DNA of 64,000 bases from NCBI GenBank assembly GCA_965603825.1, contig CBFDEM010000039.1:310001-374000 (forward strand), read 5' to 3'. The notes beneath the pieces were generated by a model. It was not told the DNA's origin and did not search any database. It saw nothing but the letters and a program-made list of their open reading frames with translations. Shown piece by piece: positions 13,301-27,264 of this stretch (within the stretch, counting starts at the first letter, position 1; each line of letters starts with the position of its first letter). Origin of the DNA: Blepharisma stoltei ATCC 30299 (lineage: Eukaryota; Protista; Ciliophora). The position numbers and the translations under genes were made by a program.

Positions 13301-16300
13301 ATTGCTATATATTCTTGAAGACTCAATTAACGTTTTGGAATTTATGAAGACTATCGATCCACCATTTTTCGAATTATTCTCATAAAATTTGCTGAAATTG
13401 AGGTATGATTCCCTATTTGTGTTAAATCCATATATAGCAGACCCATCTTCATCACATGAGTTTTTGTTAAAATCTGAGCTAAAAATTGAGAACACAGAAT
13501 CTTGCTCCGCATAAATTGCACCTCCAGTTTGAGCTTTATTGCTTGCAAACCTGCATGAGCTACAATAAAATTCTGAAGCAGAGCTCAACAAAACTGCTCC
13601 ACCATTTGTGGAGCTTGTATTATTTAAAAACTTGCTGGAATCAGAGATTGCAATCGCAGAGTTTTGCAATCTCAAGCATGACCCAGATGCTGCTAAATTA
13701 TGCCGAAAAATAGACCCAGAATCATGCAGCGAGTCATAGTTTAAAGAAATGGCTGACCCATAGTTATACTCAAATATGCAATTCATTGTATTAATATAAG
13801 AAATGCTGTTTTGATTGTCTATAAGTATTACTGAAAGTCCTTTATTATTTGAAAATTTGCATGAATCAAAAGTAACTGTTGAATCACTTATATCTATCTG
13901 AAGAGCAGAACTTAGCCTGCCTGAATTTGTAAGAAAATCGCAGAATGAAAAATTTAGATTGCCTTTGCTGTAAAATATGACACATGCAGAAATTTTTGAG
14001 CTGTTTTCGATAAAATTGGAATATCATATAGCTGAAGAATCTGCCAAGGTTACTGTGCTATCAAAATATAAGCAAGACGCATAAGATGCAGTGTTAAAAT
14101 AAAAATTCGAGCTTTTTATTGAAACATCTGTTTTTGATGATCCTGTCCACTGTTGAGCAATAAAAATGCTACCTCCATAGAGAGCTGAATTGTTTCTGAT
14201 ATCTGTTGAAGATATCTCAAACAAGCTTATGCCACTTGTTAATGTTTGAAGATAGAGTAATGCTCCTCCATATCCATTTGGAGAATAGTTTGATTTAAAT
14301 AAAGAAGATTCAATAGAGATCATTTGGCTTGCTGCATTTATGGCACCGCCATAATCTCCGGTATTTTCTCTAAATGTGCAATTATTTATGTACAGACCAA
14401 GACTGTCTTTAATTTCTATTGCTCCAGCACCTGTAGCATAGCTGTTAACATTTTCTTCAAACGAAGAATTTTTCAAAACTCTGATAAAATTTCCTGTTAA
14501 TAAAAAGCATATTGGTAAAGCACCATTCCCTACATTTGATGAGCAGTTTACAGAGGCAATGTCAGCAGTATCTGAGCTAACTACTGAATAAGTTGGCGAT
14601 GAGTTTCTACAAGTATTTTTTATAATTGCAGCTGGAGATACATCAACATTATATGAATTTGATATAGAAACCATATAATCACAATCAAGTGCTTTATGGT
14701 TTACTGCCTCTCTTTTCAAATAAATATCTTGATTTCTGATGAAACAGGTAAGAAGTAAAGAGTTTAAATTTTTATCTTCATTTGGGGATCCATTAGAATC
14801 TATAGCAATGTTTTTGAGGGAGACATGAACCATTTTAGACAGACTTATCAGTCCAACCCCATGATTATTCTTGAATGACAAGTTGTCCATTTTGCATCAT
14901 CTTGGTCCCAAAATTGCGTCTAAGGTTCTCCCAGAGCTCATTTTATAAGGCCTTACAGTTCCATCTTTGTATTCGTCTAATATATATGAGTTTGAAATAG
15001 TTATTGCAGGTCCCTGCTCTATCCCATTGCCTTCAAAAGTTAAGTTTTCAAAATGGATATTTATGAGATAATTAAAAAAATCAATATCGATCAATGAAGA
15101 TTTTCCATAATTAGAAATAAATCTTGAACTATTTATATAAAGATGATCTTCATATAAGTAAGATATATAATAGGTTTCATTTAAACCTCCAGGGTAAAAT
15201 TTCACACTCAAATCGAGGTTTATTATTCCATTCTCGCAGTAATTATACATAAAAGTGCAATTATCTATTTTTAGAAAATTTATTGCACTTATATAAATTA
15301 GAGATGCCTGGGCATATATACTGTCTTTTTTTCTATAAACCAGATTATATTTGAATTCAACGTCTCTGATTAAAACAGAGGTTATTGTAGGTGAGTATAA
15401 AAATCCTCTGAACTCCATTTGGTCATCATACTCATACCCATTATTTAATCTGGTTACTGATCCCCCAATATATATTAAATCCGCATTTGAATAATCTTCG
15501 CCTGTAAGTGAGATCACTGCAGCTGTATCGTATCATTTTAGTCAAATATTGTCAAAATCAACGTTGTAAAGCCTTAAATTAGCTTCTCCTCCAATGATAC
15601 TACTGTAGCCAGTCCTATGATTTATAAATTTTACATTTCTAAAAACGAAAATAGATGGAATTCAGCCTTCGTAAACGTTTGGTCTTACAGACCTGGAGAG
15701 AAAGAGTGGGCGATTATATTTCTGCCAATATTTTGAATACAAACTATTGCATAAGTCGTTTGGCAAATTGCTTAATACACGTTCTCCTCTATCATTATAG
15801 TAAAATCCATCATTTTTATTATAAGTGTTATATGAGCAATACGAGCAATAAATTGAGTCTTTGCAAGTACTTCCCTCTTTATTATCTCCTTCAATAATTA
15901 AATTTTCCATTTCAAAAGCCCCATAAATTTGGATCAAAGGATAATTTCAACTTTTAGCATATAGGGTAATTTTGCTGTCATCTTGAGGTGCTATTTTTCA
16001 CGCTCTATACTCAAAATTGTTGCCTAAGTCCATGCTTTCTAAATCATATGATCCATCGTTCATTAGGAGAAAAATGTTATGATAGGTTTTTATTGAGGAA
16101 AACGCGTATTTTATTGTTTCAAATGGATAATTTATTGATCCATCGCCTGAAGGTGAACTATTTTTTTGTTTAGAAGTTACATAATAAAAGGAGAGATGAG
16201 GAAATAAATCAAATGTTGGTAAATAGTTGGAATAATTTAGAAAAACACCGAATAAATTTAGATTCGTGCAATAAATGCTTGTATCGAAACATTGATTGCA

Positions 16301-17510
16301 TGAAGCTACGCCTAGGGTTTCTGTTGAGCTTGCACAAATTCTACAGAGATTTCATCCAGAACTTGGAATATTTGCTTTGCAGGAGCTATAAGAATTAATA
16401 TTACATAATCCATAATTACATTCAGGAATTAAGCACTCTGAGTGACATTGGCTCATATCAAGAGCCATTGTTAGACTGCATTTGTAATTAGAAGCAGATA
16501 AGCATTTCTCATAGCTTACAACATAACTTGTATCATTTACAAGCATCTGCTGATAAACAGTAAATAAAACTAGATCTCTATCATTGCACCATTTTTTGGT
16601 ATCACTACTCATTCGATCGTAATTGCAAGTTCCTACTAAGCACTCAGGTTTGCAGCTTCCATAATCCTTAACTGCGCACCCATCAGCGCATCCACAAGCA
16701 TAATAATCTCACTCACACTCTTTTGTGTTGCATTCTGGATCACATACATTATTTGCTAGCATTTTTTCTGAGCATTCAGAATTGCAGTAACCACAATCCC
16801 CATTGTCAAATTTACAGTTCAAATTATTACAGACTTCATCACAAATCCCATTTTTCAAAAGATCATCAGTGCAAAATGGTGCACAAGTACAGTCTGCTTT
16901 GTCATATTCACATTCTTCAACATAGCAGGCTTTATCACAGATGGAATTTCCAACCATCCAAGTATTACAACCTGTAGCACAAGTCGAATTAACGCAATCT
17001 TCCATGTCAAAATTGCATTCAACATTGTTACAGACTTCATCGCATACTCCATTTCCTCAAATCGTCATATTACATCCAACAGAGCACTCTCTACATGCTC
17101 CCATATCATAATAGCACTCAGGGACATTGCATTCTTCGTCACAAGTCCCTCCTAGTTGAGCTTTATTGCCTAAATTATATTTACAAGATGGTCCGCAAAA
17201 GCTACAGTCAGCTAAATCATAACCAAGATAAGCAGCATTACACTGCTCATCGCAAACTCCATTTCCACGGTCTCCAAGTTCGCAGTCAGCATATATAAAA
17301 TACAATTCACAGTCTGTTGTAAAATCAACTTTATTGTTTTCCAAAAGATATGAATCAAAGTTGCAAAAAGAATTCATACAGTCTAGGCTGCATACACCAT
17401 TTCCTCTCTATGTAGTGTGTTACAGCCATTGGTGAGCATTTGTTTAAATTGCATTTTAAGTATATTCCGTGCACAGCAGCAAAAAGTGCTAATCAAATAA
17501 GTGAAGCCAT
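10340..17510 (-). CDS. Receptor-like giant membrane protein, copy A2 (~2,384 aa), same architecture as A1
   Basis: ATG at 17510 (MASLIWLALFAAVHG). Removing the 16-nt intron at 17408-17423 gives one frame through the main listed ORF pieces to TAA at 10340 with TGA=Trp. LNR repeats, GGAI/FxxN repeats, an RRRLE motif, a Cys-rich region and the TM module are present. Confidence 0.9.
17408..17423 (-). other. 16-nt spliceosomal intron
   Basis: GTAACACACTACATAG with A 6 nt from the 3' end. Removal restores the frame: CSPMA|RGNGVCSLDC. Confidence 0.88.
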
Positions 17511-17613
17511 ACTATTAAATAATAGAGACGCTTTAACTGAGAGTTAAATGACTGGTAAATAAAAAAAATATTATTCAATTTTATGAATGCTTTATTAAAA
17601 ACTATTTTAGGTT

Positions 17614-20600
17614 TTATTTAATTTCTTGTTGACTTGTGAATGCGCTATTTTCAGAAGGATAAGGGTCAATCTCTACTTGCTGATGAGATTCATTATTTTG
17701 ATTACTTTCTAAGCCACCGATATCAATTTCCTGTGTACTATTAATAATCCTGGTAGATGTGAAATATGTATATTTTTTCCATTGTCAACTTGGCTTTCAT
17801 CAATTATATAATTTACTTTTACTCTTGATTCTCTGAATAGCATGCTTCCCATAAATAAAAGCTTCGCCTTAACGAACTTTAAAAGCTCGTTGAAGATTCT
17901 TAGTAAACTGCAAATAATAAAAGATAAGTTTGAGCAAAATGCTATAAGAAACATAAATATCGCTCCGGGACGCTCTAACTCATCAGCTAAAAAGAAAAGA
18001 CCAGCGCAAATTGTAATCAATAGAGTCGCTTTGGAAAACAGTTCCATATCATTTAAAACCTTGTCAGTAAATGGTTTATTTTTAATTTGAAGAAAAATGA
18101 AAAAAATCAATAAAATTGTAACAGCAAGAGCTTGGACAGAAATAGAAATATTTGATAAGAAGACTGAGAAACTAATCAATGTAATTTTGCAATATAAAAT
18201 CACAAATTCTCAATAGAAAAACTCCTTAGAGTAGCCGCTGCAGATGAAGCCATATCTCAATTTAACTCTTGTATCTTGCAATCTATCTTTATATCTAATC
18301 AATTTTATTAGTCATAATCCTGGAATGATGACCCCTCAAATTAAGATCGCAGGTAAAATTATTAAATACGAATAAAAGATATGATCAAAATCCCAGCATT
18401 GAATATCAAGATCAATATTAAGCCAATACTCCCCAGAGTTTATTTCTCTACAACTGAATATACTAAATAAAGTTTCAATGAGGCCTGGATTAATTAAAAA
18501 TAATAAAATAATGCAGTTGCAAATAAAATCATCAGAAATTGGATTTCACTTTTTTTTTCGAACTTTAATATAAATTATTCAGGCAAAAAAGCAAACAGTC
18601 CGTAGCATTATAGGTATAAAGCTAATAAATATAAGTTTAGTATAAAATATTTTTATTTTGAAATTTGAGTTTTGAAAGAGGCAATCCAAAGAATATAGTT
18701 GCTCTCCAATATAATTCAAACTTAATTCAATATAAAACAATTTCATCAATTCTCGTGCCAGTTTAAATTGAAAGTTGTGATGATTATCATAATATGCAAA
18801 TAATTCCAAAATATTTTGATGTAAATTGAAGTAAAGGTTGAAATCCCTAGAATAGAATTTTTGGAAGCCCTTATAGTTAACAGTGCGATGAAAATAAAAA
18901 TAATGATAAATCCAAACATTCTTATAATGTTAGTGTTAGTATCAGGACATTTTTGGCATTCATTTTTATAGAGTCTTGAATATCCAGAATCACAAGATTG
19001 ACACATGTTCCCTTTATAGCCCTTTTTACAGATTCCTGTATATGAAATATTATTGAGGTCTGGAGATCCCAAACAAGCTGGAGAGTATGGACATTTCCAA
19101 AAATGATCAGTATATTTATTATCTCTCCAATATCCATGATGAGGGACCATTGTATAATTTCCATAGCAATCAGCATGATCAGGGCAGGCAAGGCATGGGG
19201 GATTTTTTGGATTTAAGCTGTAATAAGGCTCCTCGCAAGCCAAGCAAGTGATGCTTACAGCTGCTTCCCCAAACTCACATAGTCTTATGATGAATATTTG
19301 AAGAATCTAGAGATATGGCTGATGATAAAAGTGAAATAGTTCCGCTCTTCATAGAACTGTTTCATTAATTTCACAATTTATTATCTTTGATAAATGCTTC
19401 GAGCATCTAATTATGCTAAAAGCAGATCCCTTGTTTTTACTTGAATTTTTCTATATTTTTGAATTTTCTATTATAAAAAATGAATCTAACTCAGCATTAG
19501 CAATTCCACCTGCGTTTTCTGCAATATTTCCAATCAAAACACAAGAAGTGCTTAAAAACTCAGATTCATAGCTCAGTGATGCAACCCCTCCGTTTTTTGC
19601 GCTTGTGTTATTATAAAAAACAGCTTTTACAAACATAGCTATTGCTGAATGCTTGAGTGCTACTCCTGCACCAGATGAATCTGAGTAGCCATGCTGAATT
19701 GTTGAAATATTGTCTAAAAGAATGTCATTGTCAAGAGAAAAAGCTGAGCCAATATTGTATTCAAACAAGCAGTAATTTGTTTCTAATGTAGACCGTTTAT
19801 TTTGATCATCCATTAAAATAGCAGCAGATGAAGAGTTCTATTTAAATATGCAGGATTTAAAACTACTCTTGATGGCAATTCTTCGGAATCTTCACCAGCA
19901 GAAATATGAAGTGCTGAACTGTAAAGTCCTTTATTTTCGATAAACTTAGAATTGATAAAAGTTAAAATGCCATCAGAAAAGAAAAGAGAAACCGAGCCAG
20001 AGCGAGAAGCACTATTGCCTGAAAATGTGCAGTTATTGATTGTCGAGGAAACTTGTAATTCTATAGGATTATCGACGAAAATATATGCTCCACTTGAAGC
20101 TTGATTTTCATAAAAGTCTGTATCAATAATTTTCAAGAATGTTTTCGTGCTTGATTGAGACTTTTTATTGATATATATCGCTCCGCCATTGAGTAAACAA
20201 GAATTTTTTTGAAGATAGTATTTGAGACTGTAAAATCTGAAATTGCGCTAAATTGATCCACCAGAAAAGCCAGGTGATTGGTTATGCTCAAAATGACAAT
20301 TATTAACAAGCAAGCTTTGGCCATAAAAATATAAAGAACCTCCTGAATCAGCACTATTCATTATAAAAGTACAGTTTTCCAGTGCTAAAGCACTAATCTT
20401 TGAGAATTCAATCACACCTGGGCTTCCACTTAAATAATTTTTGTTACCAATAAATTCTGAATTTGTGATTGATATTACTGTGTTCATATTTTGAAAAGAC
20501 AAGCAAACTCCAGTGATACCTCTTCCAGAATTTCTTTCAGAATGAATGGAGTCAATTCCCTGTGTTTTTGTGCTATTGATGATGATTGCAGGTGATGAAT

Positions 20601-22065
20601 TTTCACAGTAATTATCTGTAATCTTCATATTATACATTAAAAAATTAACTGAATTACTAACAAGTGCTATTGATTTGCAAGAAGCAGTCACTGGATTAGA
20701 CACTTCAAGCTTTAAATAGGTATCAGGGTTTCTTGTGTAGTATTTCAAAATTGCTGAATTAATGTTGCTATCTTCACCATTTTCACTCATTTCAATGTCT
20801 TTTATTTCTATGTTTGCCATTTGCTCTATATTTAGCAAGCCTGCACCTCCTGAATAATTGTCAATAAAAGTCAGATTTTTTAATTTAACAAAATTCGGCC
20901 AAAATTTGATAGTAACGTTCAATCCACTTGGGGTTGCTGCATTTACGAATTTACCATTGATAGAATCATCCTTTATTGAGCTGCTTCAAATTGATATTAG
21001 ACTGCTGCTTTCAGCTCCATTTGCTATAAAATATGTAGATTCAATCAATATATTTTGCGTTTCATTATAATAATTTGCAGACAAAATTCCATTTGATTTC
21101 CCATAATTTGATACAAATGATGTTTTCTTGATGTGTACATGACTAAGGGTTGAGTATTTTATGATTTGAATTTCGTTAAACTCAATTGAATAATAGCTAT
21201 TCTTGTTTTGAATATTAATAATGCCTTTTTCGCAATAGTTATATGAAAATGAACAAGAATCTATCTCAAATAACTCTAATCAGCCAAGTGTATTAAGGAA
21301 GCTGTATTTAAAGATTTTAAGGGATCCAAGTAGATCATATTAAATTCGAATTTCACATTTTTGATGATTGCAGTAGTAATATTAGGAGCATATAAAATAC
21401 CTCTCAAATTAATTGGATCTCCAAACTCATAACCGTTATTTAGTCTGCTTACTTTGCCATAGTTATAATAAAAATTTCCAGGTAGAGGACTACACATTGG
21501 ATAATAATTCTGATAATTAATATAATTAACAACTGCAGATTTTCATTTTCAGATAGTTTTATATTATCAAAAGTTACATTGCTAAAGTAAGATTACTGTT
21601 GCATCCTATATCCATTAATGATTTAAAGCCAAATCGAAAATTTTGGAAAGTTACATTGGTGAGGGTTAGGTTACTATTAATAATCAAAAATCAATAATAC
21701 TCGCCTTGATACTCGCAAAAAGGTGAGCTTAAATATTCAGAGATTTCTTCATGCCTATCATTATAATGCTTAGAAGAATCTGAATTGGAAAAAACATATG
21801 GGCAGTAATAACAGTATTCGCTATTAGAGCAAGTGATAAAATTTTGTCCATCAAATATCAAATTTCTGATTTCTATTAAGGAAGAATATCAGAATTCAAA
21901 TATTTGATTATATCGCACAGCTTCAGGAGTTTTCTGTTTAACCCTTATCTGATTTCCATTCCAAGAAACCATAAGAATATTTCTTGAGTGCTGATAAAAA
22001 GAAATATGAACTCACGATGGGATAATAGCCAAGTCGATATCAATAAAATAATCTTCATAATCTAT
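17614..22065 (-). pseudogene. 5'-truncated, internally deleted pseudogene of the receptor family (copy A3)
   Basis: Collinear with A1/A4 but has in-frame TAG (21276, 19451), several frameshifts, and a ~1.3-kb deletion near 19285 joining ...IHH to IRLCEFGEA. The LNR-containing N-terminus is missing. Confidence 0.88.
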
Positions 22066-24296
22066 TTGATTCCAAGCAATCCATTTTTCCAATCACTCAC
22101 AGGATATGCTTTGATCTTGTAAAAGCCACATTCAGCCTTTATTCGTCTGATATAAAATTATAAGGGCGGTTTGTTGCTACCGAAGAATAAATAATTTAAT
22201 CTTTTTCGTGGCTCTGAAAGCCATCAACTGTATGAATAGAGATATTTTTATTGTTTGGATCTTCTTGAGGAAAATATTTTTTAATTTCTTGTTCTTGAGC
22301 TTTATAAGGCGTTATGATTCCAATTTCAGCATCTGGATTCATATTCTGAAGTTTCACTACTAAGACTTTGATCAATCGGATTTCTTGGAAATTTAATCGG
22401 CTGCATCCATTTAATAATTGTGAAGAATTGATTAAATCGAATAATAATAATTCTGTTCCATACGGCAACCATTTTGGCTTCTCATATGGGATGGTTTTTT
22501 GATCTAGCGAGTCTATGATTATAAAATTGGCAGATGGCTACCTGCATATCATTTCCGGCATTTTATATTGCTCCACTAAGGCTTCTGCGTGTAAGTCTTT
22601 GATTTCTAGTCTTTCATATAGTGATTTATTGTATCCTCTTGCAAGAGAAATATAATCCAAAAACTGTAGGCTGAAGTTGATGGGATCTCCTACTAATATC
22701 ACTTGCTTTGGGTTGTATTGGAATGCAATAAGGCTGGAAAGCTCTACACCTTGACAAGCTTCATCAATGATCAGATAGTAAATTGTTTTATTGCATTGAC
22801 CACTTTAAAAGAGCCAGCCATGCTGGGTGTGCAACATATGATGCTAGAATATTTCAAAATCAGATATTCGACTATGTCTTGCTAGCTGGTTCTGGATTTC
22901 CTCTTTCATATTCTTGAAGGGCTTTATTGAGTAGATCTATGCACTGAGACAGTTTTAACTTAAAGCTATTTAGTTCTTCAGATTTATTCAAGTCGGCCAA
23001 CTTTTCTTTACATCGATTTATTTCTTCGTTTAAAATTATATCAAATTTATTTCAGGTAAGATCTTCTAATTCATATGATAATTCAATTCTTGTAGAGGAA
23101 TAGTTCGATTTTTTTTTTACTTTCTTTGTTACTAAGTTTGACTAAGTTGAAAGCTCATGCAGATAAGCCATGGCTATTGATAAGTCCATTTTCAATCATC
23201 TTTGTTACTAGCTGATCAATTGCTACGTTACTGGGGGCGCGGACGAGAATTTTAGGAATATAATCCAAAGTAGAGAATTCCAGCAAAGATATTAGTGATA
23301 AAATTGTATAAGTTTTACCTGTTCCGGTTGGTCCTTCTAGGAGACTTATTCCCTCTTATTTCAAATATTTTTAAGGGCAAAAAGCTGGCTGGAGTTTAGT
23401 TTCCTGCAGAAGGCTTCAAATGCTTTTTTGGGTATTTTCGGAAATTTTTTAAATATGGGCTGTATACTTGGATCAAGTAAATATTCAATAAGATTGAAAT
23501 CGTTCAGAATGAAAGTATTGCGAACTCTCTGCTCTCACTTGTAAATTGACCGATTGGTACCATTCATCAATCATTCACATTTTTTTTCATATTAGACTGC
23601 TCCATGTTGAAGCCTATTCCACCAGTGTAATGACCCCTTGATATCCCAAAAAAATTATTAGAAATTTCTTCCAAGAACTTCATGCATCTAAAAAAAGGTA
23701 TAGTTCTTGCTGAGCACTTTAAAATGCTCTTGACGATTGATGTAGTAGTTTCCTTCATTTTCTTTATTCAATTTAGCATTCTTCATTAAATTTCTATTTT
23801 CATAGCACCTTTGGCAAATTGATTTAGATAATTCATGTAAAAATGAGCCGAGCAGCCAATTAATGTATACCCCGAGTTTCCAAGCTATATTCTTCACATG
23901 TATTGAACTTTATGGGGCTCTCTGCTCTTCATCAAATTCAAAAAAAAACTTTAAGTTATGTGCCATCATATATTCCTCAAACATTTTGTTAGAGGTTTTA
24001 ATTAGTTTTAGCTTCTCTCTTTTCTTTTTTCGATCCTTGGGTAATAAATTTTCATGATAACTCTCTTCATTATCTCTCTTTTTCAGCTTTTGATGCATAG
24101 GGTCATAAGATCTGGTAGGAATCCTTTTTAATGACTGAGATGAGCTGCTTAGAACATAATCTACCCAGAAGCTTTGAAGTTCATTGCTTTCTTCTAATTG
24201 GCTTTTGGATCTTGCATTTGGAGAGTTATCTTTAAAAACTGAGATCGGTTTAACTCTTTCTTTAGCACTAAACAATTGATTTTTCATTTTATTCAT
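22065..24296 (-). pseudogene. SEN1/UPF1-like (DNA2/NAM7 family) SF1 helicase pseudogene
   Basis: Motifs LLEGPTGTGKT, ILVRAPSNVAIDQL, LIIDEACQ, LVGDPHQL, IGIITPYKAQ, TVDGFQSHEKD and RLNVAFTRSK. Multiple in-frame TAA stops and frameshifts. Confidence 0.85.
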
Positions 24297-24476
24297 ATGG
24301 GGCGTTTAAACTAATAAATTTAGAAGATCTCTATTTGCCGTATATGAAAATAGTTAGAAAAATTAAAAATTTGATATTAAAAGCTGTTCAGAGCCAAAAT
24401 CATCAAATTAAAGTCTCTTTATTTTTGTTCTCTTTGAAAATTAAAAATTAATCATGTGATTAAAATATTAAATAAA

Positions 24477-27262
24477 ATGGAGGTTTTGAAGAAAAATTTG
24501 AAAGGAGTTTTCAAACTTCTCAAATGTTTGATGCCAGATTGAAGCAGCATTATTAGCATGAGCTCTTGACGATAAAACAAATTGAATTCTAGGCATAAAT
24601 TTTTACACTTCTCAATATGTCGACCAATTTTTTGAAATTAAGTGCTTAAAATGCAAAATAATTAATTTACATTTTTATTGCATATATGATTTTTATGTCT
24701 CTATGAATAATCCTTTCAGAATACGTCAAATAAATGCTTCACAAATCATAAATGTAGTATCTTGAGTCAAAATACTCCAAAATTCGGTAAAAACTTTAAG
24801 CCCATGCTGTTTGCATTTTCGATGCTTTCAGCCGACTCTTTGTAAATCCTAGTCATCCTGATTACCCATTAAACAAAAAGAAATAGGTTTAACATAATTT
24901 CTTATTTGGAGAGAAAGTAAAATTTTTGATGCCAAAATAAGAAATAAATTAGATATTTAAAGAGCTGACAACTAGAGCAAAAACCTTATATTATTAGATT
25001 CGTGAACTTCTCTGTTTTTTCAGAAATTATAGTCTTTAAGCAATTTTATTTGCAAATCAATTGAAAAGAAGTTGGGGGATTAATTTAATTTGAGTAAAAG
25101 AGAAATGGACCAAGAAAAAGAAGTAGAAGACTCACAAGGTTTTATCAAGAATTTTGGGCAATGCCAAGCTGCTGACCACGAACAAGTTATTAACTTAGCT
25201 TAATGCCAAATTTTCCAGACGTTTATGCTAACATTGTTAAATTTATCCAAAGACTCAGCTGATGCTATTAAATCATTTTTGTTTGTCGATGAAGCTCATT
25301 ATCCTCTTGACTCAGAAAAATGACTGATTGAAAGCAAGGAATTTAAAACATTTTCAATCGAAGAATCAAAAATTGAAGAATTATTTAAAGGACTCTCATC
25401 TTTTCCAAGTGATTTAAATTGTAACTCCTCTTCAAACTGCTTACAATTTCAAACTTTAAATATTCAAAACTTTCACAATCCTATAATTTTTGAATTTTCA
25501 CAGAATTTTATAAGGGGCTGAAAACGAAATTTGTTGGATCTTCCCAAAACAATTGAAAATTTTTGCCCTGGTGGCCTTATTTGAAATTTTTCAAATAAAG
25601 AAAATAATCAAGAAACAATATCTTGCAGAAAATATTCAATATCTTCACAGCTAAACGAAATCAATTTCATACAGAAAATTGGCGAAGTCATCTACATTGG
25701 AGGAGGAGGAGGAGGTTTTTCATATACTATTAAAACCCAAGATTCTCATACCTCAGCATTAATTTGAAACATTTTACCCAAAAATTCTGATTCCTTCTTT
25801 AAGTCCTATCATAAATTTGAAAATTCAAAATGCCTACAAAAATTTAGAAGAATATGCAGTTTTATACCAAAGACAGCTTAAAAGTATTGAAATGTATGAT
25901 GATGCTTCAATGGCTTTGATTTTTGCGAAAAATGTAAATGCTGCTTGAAATCTGTCTGCCTAAAATGCATGAACCCTTGACACAATAATTCGCCTTTATG
26001 CTATAATTGCGTATTTGAAAAGAAAAAGCACAGACCTTGCCTTGATTTATTTATATCAAAACTCTACTACCAAATCTTCTTGAAGATATTGATAACACAA
26101 ATAAATACCTTGAAAATGCAAGACATAATTCAAAAATAGGAGCAGATAATTCAATTTTGATGGAATGTATGATTTCTGATCATTTTACACATGCCTCAAT
26201 GAAAAAAAATTATCAAGAGAAACATGAACGCGATTGCGACCTCTCGGGAAAAATCAAGAAAAATTAAAGAGGAGAAAATTTCAATTGATATTAACAAAAA
26301 TTATGAAGAAATCGTTGAAAAAGAAATATTTCAAGCCGAAAGATAGCAGTAATAAAAACTTATCAGCCAAAATACAAATGCAAATTAATATATTTATCAG
26401 CTACCAAAATGAAAATTGAGAAACAAATCAAATCGAGCTTTGAAAACAATTCATATGATGATGAATATGATGTTTTTATAACAAAAATTACATTTGAAGC
26501 ATGAAGAATCGATAAAGAAATGGAAAAAATAGAAGATGCTTTTGCAGATTGCCTCGGAAGTCATTACAAATTTAAAAATTGATGCAAGAATTGCAGATAT
26601 GGAATTGATAAAAATGATTGCAAATTATATTTTAATAAAATTGATTTTCTGAATCTACCTTTATCTCAAGAAAAATGATATGATATCAGCATTTATAAGA
26701 ATTTGATTGTGAAAAAACAAATCCATCCCATCTTTTTTCTTGGAAAATGAAGGCAACAGAATATGATGCAAATTGAAATGTGCCTAGTTAATATTGCATC
26801 AAATTCCCCATATTCTTTTATTAGTAATTCTATTTTTTCAAGGAAATGAAAATGATAGCACTTGAAAGGGGAAAAAGATGCTGGATCATAGAAGATGCTA
26901 ACCAAAATATTATCAAGCGCTACAAATATAACTGATTTGCCAAATATTTTCATCCATTTTTCTTGGAATACTCTGTTTTGAAAACTAGCAGCCTAAAAAT
27001 TTGGGTAGCATCAGGCTCAAATTCAAGCAAAAAGCATGCAGAAACTTCTCACAAAGCTTTATCCCCCCAAAAAGTAAAATTTTATGAAGCCAATGCTTTT
27101 AAAGTGGGCTGAAGAAAATAATGAAAAATTATTATTGAGTTTAAAAGAAAGACTGTATCAGAAAAATAGAGAGTTAAGTTGCAAGGATTATGCCCATCCT
27201 GCGTCTAGTGCCTTTGGCTTCTATCAGCTGGCCCCTCAGCTTTGGGAGTTCGGATTTAGAGG
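24477..27262 (+). pseudogene. Degraded coding-like region of unknown product, with Cys-rich (zinc-finger-like) patches near 24.6-24.8 kb and 25.85-26.05 kb
   Basis: Codon-like stretches interrupted by TAA/TAG and frameshifts. It is cut off where the inverted-orientation A2 duplicate begins (~27265). No family recognised, and it may be more than one gene. Confidence 0.4.
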
Positions 27263-27264
27263 GC

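Noticed and set aside
2326-17510. Many short minus-strand ORFs that look like separate genes or a shattered pseudogene
   Set aside because: The main pieces share one frame per gene and are split at TGA, which is Trp here.
22130-22200. In-frame TAA codons inside helicase motifs as evidence of TAA reassignment or ambiguous stops
   Set aside because: The same gene has frameshifts and degenerate motifs, and TAA terminates intact genes elsewhere in the window, so decay is the simpler explanation.
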